NCBI RefSeq assembly: GCF_006345805.1
Contig: NC_043015.1
Location: 14,446,001-14,510,000, forward strand
Reading direction: 5' to 3'
DNA from: Octopus sinensis
Lineage: Eukaryota
Length of the DNA stretch: 64,000 nucleotides
The translations under genes and the position numbers were made by a program. Each line of letters opens with the position of its first letter. The stretch's first letter is position 1. The notes beneath the pieces are model-generated. The model did not search any database. It was not told the DNA's origin and saw nothing but the letters and a program-made list of their open reading frames with translations. Below, one piece after another: positions 25,499 through 36,805 of the stretch.

Positions 25499-25791
25499 TG
25501 TGGGATGACGTCAGCAGCTGGACGTCAGCAGCCGGGTGCGTTGACCGGAAGCTGGGGCAAGCGAAAGGGGTCAGCCGTCAGGCGTGTGCAGGGAGCGGAA
25601 ATTGCGCCCTTTCCAATGTGGGTCGTGCAGGCGACAAGACGTGTGAGGACGTCGCTAAGGGTTTGGGCTAGCAGCTGCTATCGTTAGTGTTCGGGTCGGG
25701 GCTGTGAGGAAGGACTAGTCATCACTGGAGGGTCTCCGTCACTAAGAAGAGAAGGTAGGTGCCTCTATATTCAAATCACGCACACACTACA
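25499..25791. mobile_element. GC-rich solo LTR inserted into the Gypsy RT
   Basis: TGTGG...CTACA termini and a 5-bp TSD CAACC at 25494-98 and 25792-96. Removing it rejoins INTHEG|LYKC.*LPFG. Confidence 0.88.
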
Positions 25792-26819
25792 CAACCCTTC
25801 ATGGGTATTTATTGTTAATAATTTTGAACATTCTTCATCGACTTTTACTTGCAAATATGCTTTAGATAGGTCCAACTTTGAAAAAATTTCCTCCATTCAA
25901 CTTCACAAAAATTTCCTCCAGACTTGGTAATTTAATCCTGTTGAAAAATCAGTGCATACTTGTATTTTATTATTTATTTTTTTTGACATAAACTGTTGGG
26001 GATGTCCAATTTGTGTAATCAGTTTTTTCAATAACACCAAGCATTTCAAGTCTATCCAATTCTTCATTGACTTGTTCCAATGCTGCGAAAGCTATTGTTT
26101 ATTTTGGTCTAAATACGGTATAGCATTTTCTTTCACTTGAAACTTTGCTTCTGTTTTGGTGCAAAGACCCAATTCATCAGAAAAAATATCAGGAAAAAAT
26201 TTTTTTAATTCGTTTTTTGAATCCTCCAATGCCTTATTTGTATTGGTGGCAGAATCTTTCACATTTTTACAAAAATATTTATGGGAAAATTAGTTCCATC
26301 CAGTCTATTCCAAATAAATTGGTTGTATTTCTCAGCACAAAAACTTTGGCTTTCAAAGTTTTCCCACGAAATGTAACACGACTTATCATTTTGCCCATAA
26401 AATTTTTTCCTGAAATGCCTCATGCAATTTTTGAAATTTCCTTTAATCTAGGCTTCCCTATTTTTCTCCATGTATCTGTATTAATTATCATGATATCACT
26501 ACCCGTATCCAATTGTAACTTGATATTCACATTATTCATTTTTATGGACACAAATTTTCTTTTCTGAGCCTTGCTTAGAATTTTTTTTAACAATACATTC
26601 TAGATTTTTTTTTTGTTTTGCTATACAATGTGAGCTTTTATGTCCAATTTTTCCACTCAAAACATTTACAATTTTTAAAAGGACAGTTACTTCTAAAATG
26701 TAAACCTCCACACCCATAGCATGGATCTGGTCTTGATGTTTGTTTTTCCTTTTTCTTATCCATTTCAGGTTGACATGCATGTATCTGAGAGCAATCTTTT
26801 TCTTCAATTTTATCTGCAT

Positions 26820-29501
26820 TCATCATCATCATCATCATCATCGTTTAACGTCCGTTTTCCGCGCTAGCACGGGTTGGACGGTTTCGACCGGGGTCTGGGG
26901 AGCCAGGGGCTGCCCCAGGCTCCAGTCTGGTCTGGCAGTGTTTCTACAGCTGGATGCCCTTCCTAACGCCAACCACTCCGCGAGTGTAGTGGGTGCTTTT
27001 TACGTGCCACCTGCACAGGTGCCAGAGGGGTCTGGCATCGGCCACGGTCGGTTGGTGCTTTTTATGTGCCACCTGCACAGAAGCCAGTCGGGGCGGTGCT
27101 GGCATCGGCCACGTTCGGATGGTGCTTTTTATGTGGGGGGTGTGTGCAGAAATATAGGGGAGCACCAGTGGGGAGGGGTGTTTGGAGTGTTTGTGTACTT
27201 GACTCAACAGGTCTCCTCAAGCACAGCGGGACGATCTGGGATCCGGGGTACTTTGAATGGGCAGGGGCTATGCAGAACTGATGCAGGAAGCAGCCCGGGT
27301 CTTTGCAGTCACAGCATATCTCCAGAGATCTCGGTCCTTCGCCATTGCCTCAGTGAGGCCCAACGCTCTGAGGTCATGCTTGACTGCTTCATCCCATGTC
27401 TTCCTGGGTCTACCTCTTCCCCTGATACCTTCAACTGTTTGGGAGTGGCACTTCTTCACACATCTCTCCTCATCCATCCGCAGCACATGACCATACCATC
27501 GCAAGCGTCGCTCTTGCACACCACATCTGATGCTTCTTATATCCAGCATTTCTCTCAGGATGCTTACACTCTGTCGTGCGTGCACACTGACATTACACAT
27601 CCAGCGGATCATGCTAGCTTCATTTCTTTCAAGTCTACGCATGTCCTCTGCAGTCATAGCCCATGTTTCATTACCGTGAAGCATGGCAGTTCGCACACAT
27701 GCATCATACAGTCTACCTTTCACTCTGAGGGAGAGACCCTTTTTCGCCAGTAGGGGTAGGAGCTTTCTGAACTTTGCCCAGGCTATTCGTATTCTAGTGG
27801 TGATACTCTCTGTGCATCCACCTCCGCTACTAACTTGGTCACCCAGGTAGCGGAAACTATCAACTACTTCTAGTTTCTCTCCCTGGAGTGTGATGGAATC
27901 TGTTTTCTGAGTGTCTGTGGTGTCTATTGTCCCTGTGCATCTGCCGCACATGAAAGCTATCTTATCTGTTAATTTCCCTTTAATGTTGCTGCACCTCTTG
28001 TGCGTCCATAGCTTACATTAGGTGCATCTTATGGAGTTTCTACCTGCACCTTTCCTACAGATTGAGCAGGGCCACCTACCCGAGGGGGTGTGTGCTGAGT
28101 ACGCCTTGCTGCTTACTATTACTTTGGTCTTTGCTACATTTACTCTAAGGCCCTTTGATTCTAACCCTTGCTTCCACATCCGAAATTTCTTTTCTAGTTC
28201 TGGTAGTGATTCTGCTATGAGAGCCAGGTCATCAGCATAGAGGAGCTCCCAGGGGCATCCTGTTTTGAATTCCTCTGTTATTGCCTGGAGGACTATGATG
28301 AATAGAAGGGGACTGAGGGCTGAGCCCTGGTGCACACCTACTTCTACCCGGAATTCTTCACTATATTCGCTGCCAATCCTAACCTTGCTGGCAGCCTCTC
28401 TGTATAGAGCCTGTACAGCCCTTATTAGCCAGTCGTCAATCTCCAGTTTCCGCATCGACCACCAGATAAGGGAACGGGGAACCCTGTCAAAGGCTTTCTC
28501 CAAGTCCACAAAGGCTATGTAGAGGGGTTTATCTTTAGCTAGGTACTTCTCCTGCAGTTGTCAGACCAGGAATATAGCATCAGTGGTGCTTCTACCTGGC
28601 ACAAAACCGAACTGCATTTCATCTAAGCAAATTCTCTCCCTAATGAGATGGGTTATGACCCTCTCTGTGACCTTCATCACCTGGTCCAACAGTTTGATAC
28701 CCCTGTAATTATTTCTATCTAGAGCATCACCCTTACCCTTGTAGCAGTTGACTATGGTGCTGCTACGCCAGTCATTGGGTATGACTCCATTGTGAACTAC
28801 CTGGTTTACAATGCGGGTGACTATGCCATAGCCCACATAGCCAGCTGTTTTAAGCATCTCAGCAGTGATTCCTGATGGGCCGGGGGCTTTGCCTGGTTTC
28901 ATATCCTTAATTGCCTTATCTACAAGGGAGCTCTCTATTCGGGTAGCTGGTCCCTCTACTGGGTCAACATTTGGCAGGCTCTCCTCCTCCCATTCATTCT
29001 CCTCGTTCAGCAGTCTTTCATAATGGCTTCTCCAAGCCTCTTTCTTTTCACTAACAGTAAAAGCAAGTGCCCCATCATCCATGCGGACACATTTCTCTCC
29101 TGTAACATCACTATTTTCTCTGACACACTGTCTGGCAATCTGAAATACCTCAGCTCTTTGGTCCTCACGTCGCTGGACATTGGCAAACTTCTTCTTTTCT
29201 GCTACATCTTTGGCTATGTATACCTGCCACCCAGCCTCCCTTTTGGCTGCCTGGTACAGTTCCCTGCTGCCCCCATCCCTCCAGGCTTTCCAGGCCCGTC
29301 TCTTTGCACTAATGGCTTTATCTACTGCACTGTTCCACCACCATGTAATTCTAGGTCTGGAAGGGACTCTGCACCATCCACAGACTCGGTCTGTGGCACT
29401 CAGCAAGCTGTCCCGTAGGAATTCGCAGCTACCTTCTATGTCTGACGTCTGGAGCTCCTCCTCCCTCTCATCAAATTTCTTGGTGAGTATGTCCCTAAAT
29501 T
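26820..29501 (-). mobile_element. 5'-truncated RTE LINE with extended 3' module and (GAT)n tail, nested in Gypsy gag
   Basis: RT pieces are ORFs 28561-29511, 28018-28509 (LEKAFDRVPR, GVHQGSALSP, YADD) and 27268-27951. A 7-bp TSD tctgcat lies at 26813-19 and 29502-08. Confidence 0.9.
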
Positions 29502-30276
29502 TCTGCATCATGTCTTAAATTTATAATCTTCTGGCATTCTTCAGTAGAGTTAATTTTTGGTCCTATTCTAATTTTGTTAATATACAGGAATCTATATCAG
29601 CATCTTTTCTTGAAGTTAACCCTTGAACAAAAATTAGATATTTGAACAAATCTGGGATTAATTCATTTACTTTAAATTTTTCACACTGTTAACTACCCCA
29701 GCATAAGTGACAAAATCTTCATCATCTTTTTTTAACTAAATTTAAACACTGCCAACGAGTATTAAACAGGGAACTTCTTTCACTGATAATTCTTGGTAAC
29801 AAGTTAACTGGTTCATTGAAATAAATCTAACCTGGTTTCTTTGGTTGAATAAAATTTCAGTATTTTTTGTGTTCAGCAGGGGATAACTTTCTTAAAAGTA
29901 GTCACACTGTCTTCTCGTCATTCAAATTTTTACATTCTTCTTTGAAGATTTCTTTGTGTCTTCTAAAATATGCAGAAAAAGTAGAACTTTCTTCTGGGTT
30001 ATAAATAAATTCTCCAATCGAGTTTGCTTTGCTATCTGACGAGAATGAACTTGAAGTATTTCCAGACTTCTTCAACATTACTTCCAGTAACTGTTGGCAT
30101 TGTTGTTGCTGTTGTGGTTGTTGTTGCTGTTGTAGTTGTTGTTGTAAGTGCTGTTGTTGCTGTTGCAACTGCACCACACAAGCCAAGAAGTCTCCCATGT
30201 TAATGATTTTTCTTCTTTGATTTCGTACCAAAAATATTTTAATGTCCAACGCAAGCTTCGAATATCTCCTCACCAC

Positions 30277-30459
30277 TTTTATATCCTAGGTAAATGTAGG
30301 ATATATAATTTAATGATGCAGAGGTAAAAATCAATGTGTCCACTTTGTGAGACCTCAAAACGCTTTCTCAACAACTCCTACCAACCTCTACTCTTTATAA
30401 GAGTTTGGCTAGTCCATTCTTCCAATCCGCCAGGGGTATCAATGACTCTCACCACAACA
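30277..30459 (-). repeat. 5' LTR of the Gypsy element
   Basis: Matches 22982-23189 with indels. On the minus strand it is followed by a PBS-like tggtgaggag and gag. Confidence 0.8.
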
Positions 30460-30917
30460 GTATGTATATACATATGGATGTATGTAAGTATGTATATATG
30501 TATGTAGGTGTGTATGTAAGCATGTATGTATGTATATATGTATGTATGTGTGTATGTAAGCATATAGGTATGTATGTATTCAGTCTGATTATTTCTATTT
30601 CCCCGCGCATGATACAGCCTTAAGCTGGATAAGATTGATATAAGGAGAAAAAAAAAATAATAAAAACTACGATATATATATATATATATATAATATATAT
30701 ATATATAAAACATTGATATACAAAATATACATAAAATATATGATGTGAAGTATATAGAAATTTATATAATGAGCAAGCTATAAAAATATACAATATATAA
30801 AAATTAGTGAGAAAAAGGCAGATATACAGTAAATATATAATTACACATTTATTGGATGGCCATTGACTCTCAAGAGTTCCTCCGCCCTTTGATGGGTTTT
30901 GTTTTTCATCCCGCAGG

Positions 30918-31580
30918 GTGTCCAATAAACACCCTCCTCACCAAGCAAGCTTTTATGGAGAGTTAGCTAAAGGAGAACGACCTCCACATAAACCAAAAAA
31001 GAGGTGTAAGGACTTGCTGAAGGTTTCCTTAAGAGATGCTTGCATCTCTCCTGACACATGGGAAGGCATAGCTATTGATCATAGCAGGTGGAGAAGGATT
31101 GTGCACGAGGGGACAGCCACATTTGAGAAATCTCGAGTTGCACGTGAGAAAGTAAGGAGGGATGTCAGGAAGGGCATCGCTGTTACACTTCCAGATGGGA
31201 AGGGTCTTCCTTTGATGCTGACATGCAATGTCTGTGCAAGACCCTGCCTCAGTAAAGCTGGACTCAAGAGTCATCTTTGTAGTCATAAAGCGATGTAGAT
31301 GAGTGACAACCTGGCCACTGGTGGTGGTGTTACACACCATACTAATCATATCTGTCAGGCATGTGGAAGAGAGTGTAATTCGGCAGGAGGACTTAAACGA
31401 CATGCAAAGGTACATGAAGCCCAGTTACAACTACAGCCGGCTATTACCGGTAAAGGTTTTAGCTGCCAATTCTGTACAAGACATTGTAGATCTTTAGCTA
31501 GGCTGAAAAGTCACATTCGATCACAGCACCAATAACAGTTAAGCTTCGTGCAATGGCCATACTCGATAACGAGGGGCAGC
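30918..31580 (+). mobile_element. 3' end of an RTE/BovB-like LINE with three C2H2 zinc fingers
   Basis: FYGELAKGERP..KPKKRCKDLLK...WEGIAIDHSRWRR, then CNVC..H..H, CQAC..H..H and CQFC..H..H, with one in-frame stop. It ends gccatactcgataacgaggggcagcc followed by (TATG)n. Confidence 0.8.
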
Positions 31581-31968
31581 CATTATGTATGTATGTAAGT
31601 ATGTATGTATATATGTATGTATGTATGTGTGTATGTAAGCATGTATGTATGAATGTGTGCATGTATGTGTGTGTGTATATGTAAGCATGTATGTATGCAT
31701 GTATGTAAGTATGTATGTAAGTATGTATATATGTATGTATTTGTGTATGTAAGCATGTATGTATGTGTATGTGTGTGTAGGTATGTATGTATGTATGTAA
31801 GCATGTATGTATGTCTATATGTACGTATGTATGGATAAGCATAAATCTCTATTGGTTTTGTAGGTTAGTACTGTATTAATTGCATTTCCTCCTCATTCAA
31901 TTTGCATTTTGCAGACATAAATACTAGTAGTGTAAGTGCATAGATACTGCAAGAGTGAATGGGAGAGT

Positions 31969-32140
31969 GAGAGGTGTGGTGGGGGTGGGGGTTGAGGGTT
32001 GGGAGTTGGATATAAAAAATAAAGAACAAGTGTTGAGTGGTTGTGAAGTAGGAGAAGTGGGAGAAGAGTTGGTAGCAACTATAGAGATTGAATAAGTTTG
32101 AGGAGTGGATGTGGTGAATTGGAGATAAAGGTTGGGGGTG
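31969..32140 (+). repeat. Dispersed direct repeat, second copy at about 37520-37690
   Basis: gttggatataaaaaataa(a/g)gaacaagtgttgagtgg...ggagataaaggttgggggtg is present in both copies. Confidence 0.85.
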
Positions 32141-34009
32141 GCCAATTATGTATTGAGGTGAAGAGCAGCAGTAATGATGTTAAAGACACCCAATGATCAG
32201 GTGGTACTGTTAAATCAGACAAAGATTTAGTTGTCTGCATTAAGGATTCATGGCTTAGTGGTTAGGGTGTCAGACTCATGATCATGATATTATGGTTTCA
32301 ATTCCCGAACATTGTGGTCTTGACCAAAAACACTTCAATTCATGTTGCTGTAGTCCATTCAGCAGCTAAAAATGAATAATCCCGTGATGGACCAGTGTCC
32401 CATCCAGGTAGAGAATATATACGCATCAAAGAAACAGGGAAACCAGCCCTATGTTTCATACTGAGAAATGTGGACTAATCTTAAGGATTCAGAATGTAAT
32501 GAGCAACAACAAATTATCTCGTATGAAGCGTTAACTATTTCACTAATCTACTTGCTCAAAAGAACAAAAAGTAAAGCTGACTTTGGTAGAATTTGAACTT
32601 GCAGTTCAGAAAGTCAGAACAAAGCATTTTATCCTCTGCGCTTTTACCAGATGAATGCACCCCAAAACAGTGCTCCATTTTTCACAACTTTCCATCATCC
32701 ACCCATCCTCTTCAATTATCCTCCACAGGTTTCATTTCCTTCCCGCTGACATTGTAACTGCTGCTATCTTTCCTAATCCTTCTTATCTCTCCTTCAAAAT
32801 ATAGTTAAAATTGCTTGTTAGAAGCTTCAGTTCCTCGTGTTCTAATACACAGCCTGGGACCTTTAGATGTTCCTGTTTCATATGTTACATCCAATGTGCA
32901 AGTGCCACATAAAAAGCACTTGTATCATTGCCTCATAAAAGCTCTTGTGATGCTGGTATATTAAAAGCACCCAGCACTCACTGTAAAGTGGTTGATGTTA
33001 GGAAAGGTATGCAGCTGCAGAAACCAAGCCAAATCAGACTGGAGTGTTGCTCTCTGGCTGCCAAATATATATACATGCACATACATACCCACATACTCAG
33101 TTGTAACTACATGGAAAAATAGAAACAGACACAAGTTCATACTTGTATACAGCTATGTATACACTGAAGATGAAGAACTTCACTAACAGGTATGACTAAC
33201 AAAATATACAAACAAGGACTAAATTAAACTGGGTTGTTTATCTAAATATAAATATGTTTTTACAAACACCATGAATGTACTTTCAGAAACCATCACATAA
33301 CTTATATCTAGTTTGATCTGTATATGGGGAATTATTGAGTTTCAAACTTGATATTTGCTTGGCAGTGGTGCAATCAAAGTAGTTGATGACACAGAATTAA
33401 GCTTTTGAACCAGTTATGGGCATGCTGTTGGATCGTCATCATCATGGGCCCTTTTTACATGGCATCAGCAGCCACAAGCCCACGAGACAAAGACTGCTTA
33501 GCTGAAGAGGGATGCAGGAGACATGCTTGTATGCAAGGACAATCATGATTTCACTTAGCATGATGTATCTTCTTAAGCACAGCAAACAACCAGAATTCTC
33601 AGTTCCTTATCATCCTCTTTTTTGTAACCCAACATCTGAAGATCCTTTCTTGCCATTCAAGAATTTGGATTTGGAGATCTCCATTTACAGCAACTTCAAG
33701 GGCCACCACCCGGTGGTGTCAGGCATCAACGAAGAGCCCTTGACTACAACAAGACAACCAAAGTTTTTTTCTTCCAAGGTCTGGGGTCTCCCGCCCCTAA
33801 GCCCTAGACCATCACCTAATCCCCCTTACTCGTCTTGTTGCTTAACAACAACAACAAGATCCTTTCTCACTACTTTGTTCCATATCTTTCTGGGTCTACT
33901 CCTTTCACATATTCCCTCCACAATGTATATGTGTGTGTGAATGTATATATAAGCAAAATCGCTTGTTATAAAATCTCAAGAAGTAATAGAGTAGTAACAT
34001 ATACATAAA

Positions 34010-34950
34010 TAGTAAAGTGAGTAGCCACATCAAAGTGGCAGATGACTGTTACTACTAGTTTAACCCCAGGTGGATTCTCTGCCAGCTGGTTTTCAGTGCA
34101 AGCTCTGCACCCTTTATGTACAATACATTGCTAGCAGGGGGTGTGAACTTCTACTACTCTCCAACAGCTGACAGGATCACGTTTGGCTCCCTTCAGCCGT
34201 GTGCACCTGCACAGTGGAGTGATAGCTGAGATCCGTTTCTGCCAGCGATATATTGTAAACAAAGTGACCATCAGTCACTGATTTACAACAAGCAAAATAA
34301 CCAGTTATAAAACCGGCCAGTCCTGTTACACTGGTTAGTTCTGTGATCCTGTCAGCTCATAGGGTAGGAGGCATTTTCTCCCCCTGCTAGCAATGTATTG
34401 TACATAAAGAGTGCAGAGCTTGCACTGAAAACCAGCTGGTGGAGAATCTGCTTGGGGTTGAACTAGTAGTAACATTCATCTGTCACATTGATGTAGCTAC
34501 TTGCTTTACTACTCTATCTTTTCTTAAGATTTTATAACTAGCTATCTTGCTTGTTGCAAATCAGTCACTGATGGTCACCTTGTTTACCATATATTGCAGG
34601 CAGAAGCAGATCTTAGCTATCACTCCACTGCGCTATCACTCCACTGCCCAAGATGGGAGAAGGTAAAAGCTTTGACAAACAAAAGGACACCCAGGCTAAA
34701 TAAAGTTTTTTGGATGCCGTAGGCAGTAATATTGTAGAACTGGAAGTGGCAATGGACAAGCTCTTCCAGTTCAGAAAGTTAATTAAGAAATCTGGTAAAG
34801 AAACAAAATTGATACCCCATCCCTGAAACCATGCAAGCCATTTGTGAGAAGACAGTAATTTACAAAGTCTACAATATAAAAGAAAAAAAAATATCAGATG
34901 TGGTAGTAACATTCATCTGCCACTTTGATGTGGCTACTTGCTTTACTGTT
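34010..34950. repeat. Inverted-repeat mosaic (MITE-like)
   Basis: About 34010-34180 is inverted to 34343-34510, and about 34211-34295 is inverted to 34549-34632. A third arm fragment lies at 34900-34948. Confidence 0.7.
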
Positions 34951-35161
34951 GACTGGAATGGAACACTAGCACACACCACAACATATGACGGTAGAGGATC
35001 CCCATAAACTGGTTACAATATAAACAAAACCGAAAACATGATAAATAAAATGCACAGATAAATAAACAAATAGAAATAAATAACTATATAAGTTTTTTTA
35101 AATTTTTAAAATTATTTTTTTTAATTAAAAAAAATTTTTTTTGTTTAATTTAAAAGATTTT

Positions 35162-35192
<31 letters not shown>

Positions 35193-35470
35193 CTAGTATT
35201 GTTGTTATACATACATACATACAAGCATAGATAATGATAATAATAATAAGTGGATGTAAACACATGAACAAAATAAGAATAAACAAAAACAACAACAAAA
35301 ACATTACATGAACATATATAAACAGAAGATACAAATATTACAAGCATCCCCTCCACACACACTAAATAAACATAGAGATATAAGCATGTGCAAATGAAGA
35401 CATACAATAGAAATACAAAATGGCTGATGGTTTGTAAAGAGAAACACAAATAAGAAAGAAGAAAACAAAG

Positions 35471-35514
35471 GACCACTGATGCGGTAACAGGAGTGTGACG
35501 AAAGAACTCTGGCC
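35471..35514 (+). ncRNA. Hammerhead-like motif with non-canonical core (CUGAUGCG)
   Basis: GACCA-CTGATGCG-GTAAC aggagt GTGAC-GAAA-GAAC-TC-TGGCC. Helices I and II each carry one mismatch, and a tail runs to (TA)n at 35640. Confidence 0.35.
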
Positions 35515-35785
35515 GAAATAAGATTAAGATTACAGTAAAAAATAAATAACACTGAAGCAAAATAACACCAAATATATAGTGCGTGTGTTTTTATTGGCTA
35601 AACTGGCAAAATGACCATTCCGAAATATAACAATACGTTTATATATATATATATATATATATATCAACAATCAAGGAACGGCCATAATAGGCCATTCACC
35701 CACTAGAAATAACAGCCAAAGCTTCAACCGCAAATAAAAGTCAATTCCGTAAACAGGAGAAAATTTAAAAAACATTTACCCTGTA

Positions 35786-35891
35786 ATTTCTTATACGATG
35801 CACCGTTTCATCTGCTGTTAATGGTAAACTAACCTGATTAAATTAAATCAAGCCAATCTTCCATAGGCCCTCAGATTCTTCAGTAAGAAAT
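35786..35891 (-). ncRNA. Type-I hammerhead ribozyme with extended helix II (copy 1)
   Basis: ATTTCTTA-CTGAAGA-ATCTG-[57 nt]-CAGAT-GAA-ACGGTGCATCGT-A-TAAGAAAT. Predicted cleavage is after the A at 35794. Confidence 0.85.
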
Positions 35892-36276
35892 AGCCACAAG
35901 TCGGAACAGATATTTTCACGAGGCATTTCCGACCCTGCCAAGGTAATATCTGACCTAAAATTTTCAAATCATCGCACTTGCGCCAAATTTATCGGCAGCA
36001 AATAAATATAAGCCGTCGATTCCATTACGGAATTAACCAGAAAATTCATAATTAATCAATATAGGGTGGCAAAAAAAATTTTGTAGAATTTTTTTGCCAC
36101 CAGCGGCCTAGTGGGAAAAAATTAAATAGTCATAGACCATTTTTAAGTTCAACATCAACAATCAAGGAACGGCCATAATAGGCCATTCACCCACTAGAAA
36201 TAACAGCCAAAGCTTCAACCGCAAATAAAAGTCAATTCCGTAAACAGGAGAAAATTTAAAAAACATTTACCCTGTA

Positions 36277-36383
36277 ATTTCTTATACGATGCACCGTTTC
36301 ATCTGCTGTTTAATGGTAAACTAACCTGATTAAATTAAATCAAGCCAATCTTCCATAGGCCCTCAGATTCTTCAGTAAGAAAT
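36277..36383 (-). ncRNA. Type-I hammerhead ribozyme with extended helix II (copy 2)
   Basis: Same as copy 1 with one extra base in the helix II insert. Predicted cleavage is after 36285. Confidence 0.85.
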
Positions 36384-36766
36384 AGCCACAAGTCGGAACA
36401 GATATTTTCACGAGGCATTTCCGACCCTGCCAAGGTAATATCTGACCTAAAATTTTCAAATCATCGCACTCGCGCCAAATTTATCGGCAGCAAATAAATA
36501 TAAGCCGTCGATTCCATTACGGAATTAACCAGAAAATTTATAATTAATCAATATAGGGTGGCAAAAAAAATTTTGTAGAATTTTTTTGCCACCAGCGGCC
36601 TAGTGGGAAAAAATTAAATAGTCATAGACCATTTTTAAGTTCAACATCAACAATCAAGGAACGGCCATAATAGGCCATTCACCCACTAGAAATAACAGCC
36701 AAAGCTTCAACCGCAAATAAAAGTCAATTCCGTAAACAGGAGAAAATTTAAAAAACATTTACCCTG

Positions 36767-36805
<39 letters not shown>

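Larger units (their letters stand above)
22982..30459 (-). mobile_element. Ty3/Gypsy LTR retrotransposon (Mag/K02A2.6-like), complete outline, degenerate, with two nested insertions
   Basis: 5' LTR 30277-30459, PBS-like TGGTGAGGAG, gag (FIYNPEESSTFSAYFRR; CYGCGGLHFRSNC knuckle), protease QLDTGSD at about 26500, RT LPFG/YLDN at 25380-25490, RNase H 24785-25189, integrase 23445-24428, PPT 23190-23200, 3' LTR 22982-23189. GTATG lies on both flanks. Confidence 0.88.
35663..36769 (-). mobile_element. Retrozyme-like tandem array: 2.25 copies of a 491-492 bp non-coding unit
   Basis: Unit starts are at 35663, 36154 and 36646. Only about three differences were seen between copies. (TA)n flanks both sides, and each complete copy has one HHR. 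Confidence 0.9.

Noticed and set aside
29902-30276. Polyglutamine host protein
   Set aside because: The poly-Q lies in the Gypsy gag N-terminus, between the PBS and the FIYNPEE...FRR motif.
30849-30930. IR-bounded segment with ACTCT-TG-AGAGT-C resembling helix III plus a GUC site
   Set aside because: No CUGANGA box, and GGAA in place of GAAA. Too little of the core remains.
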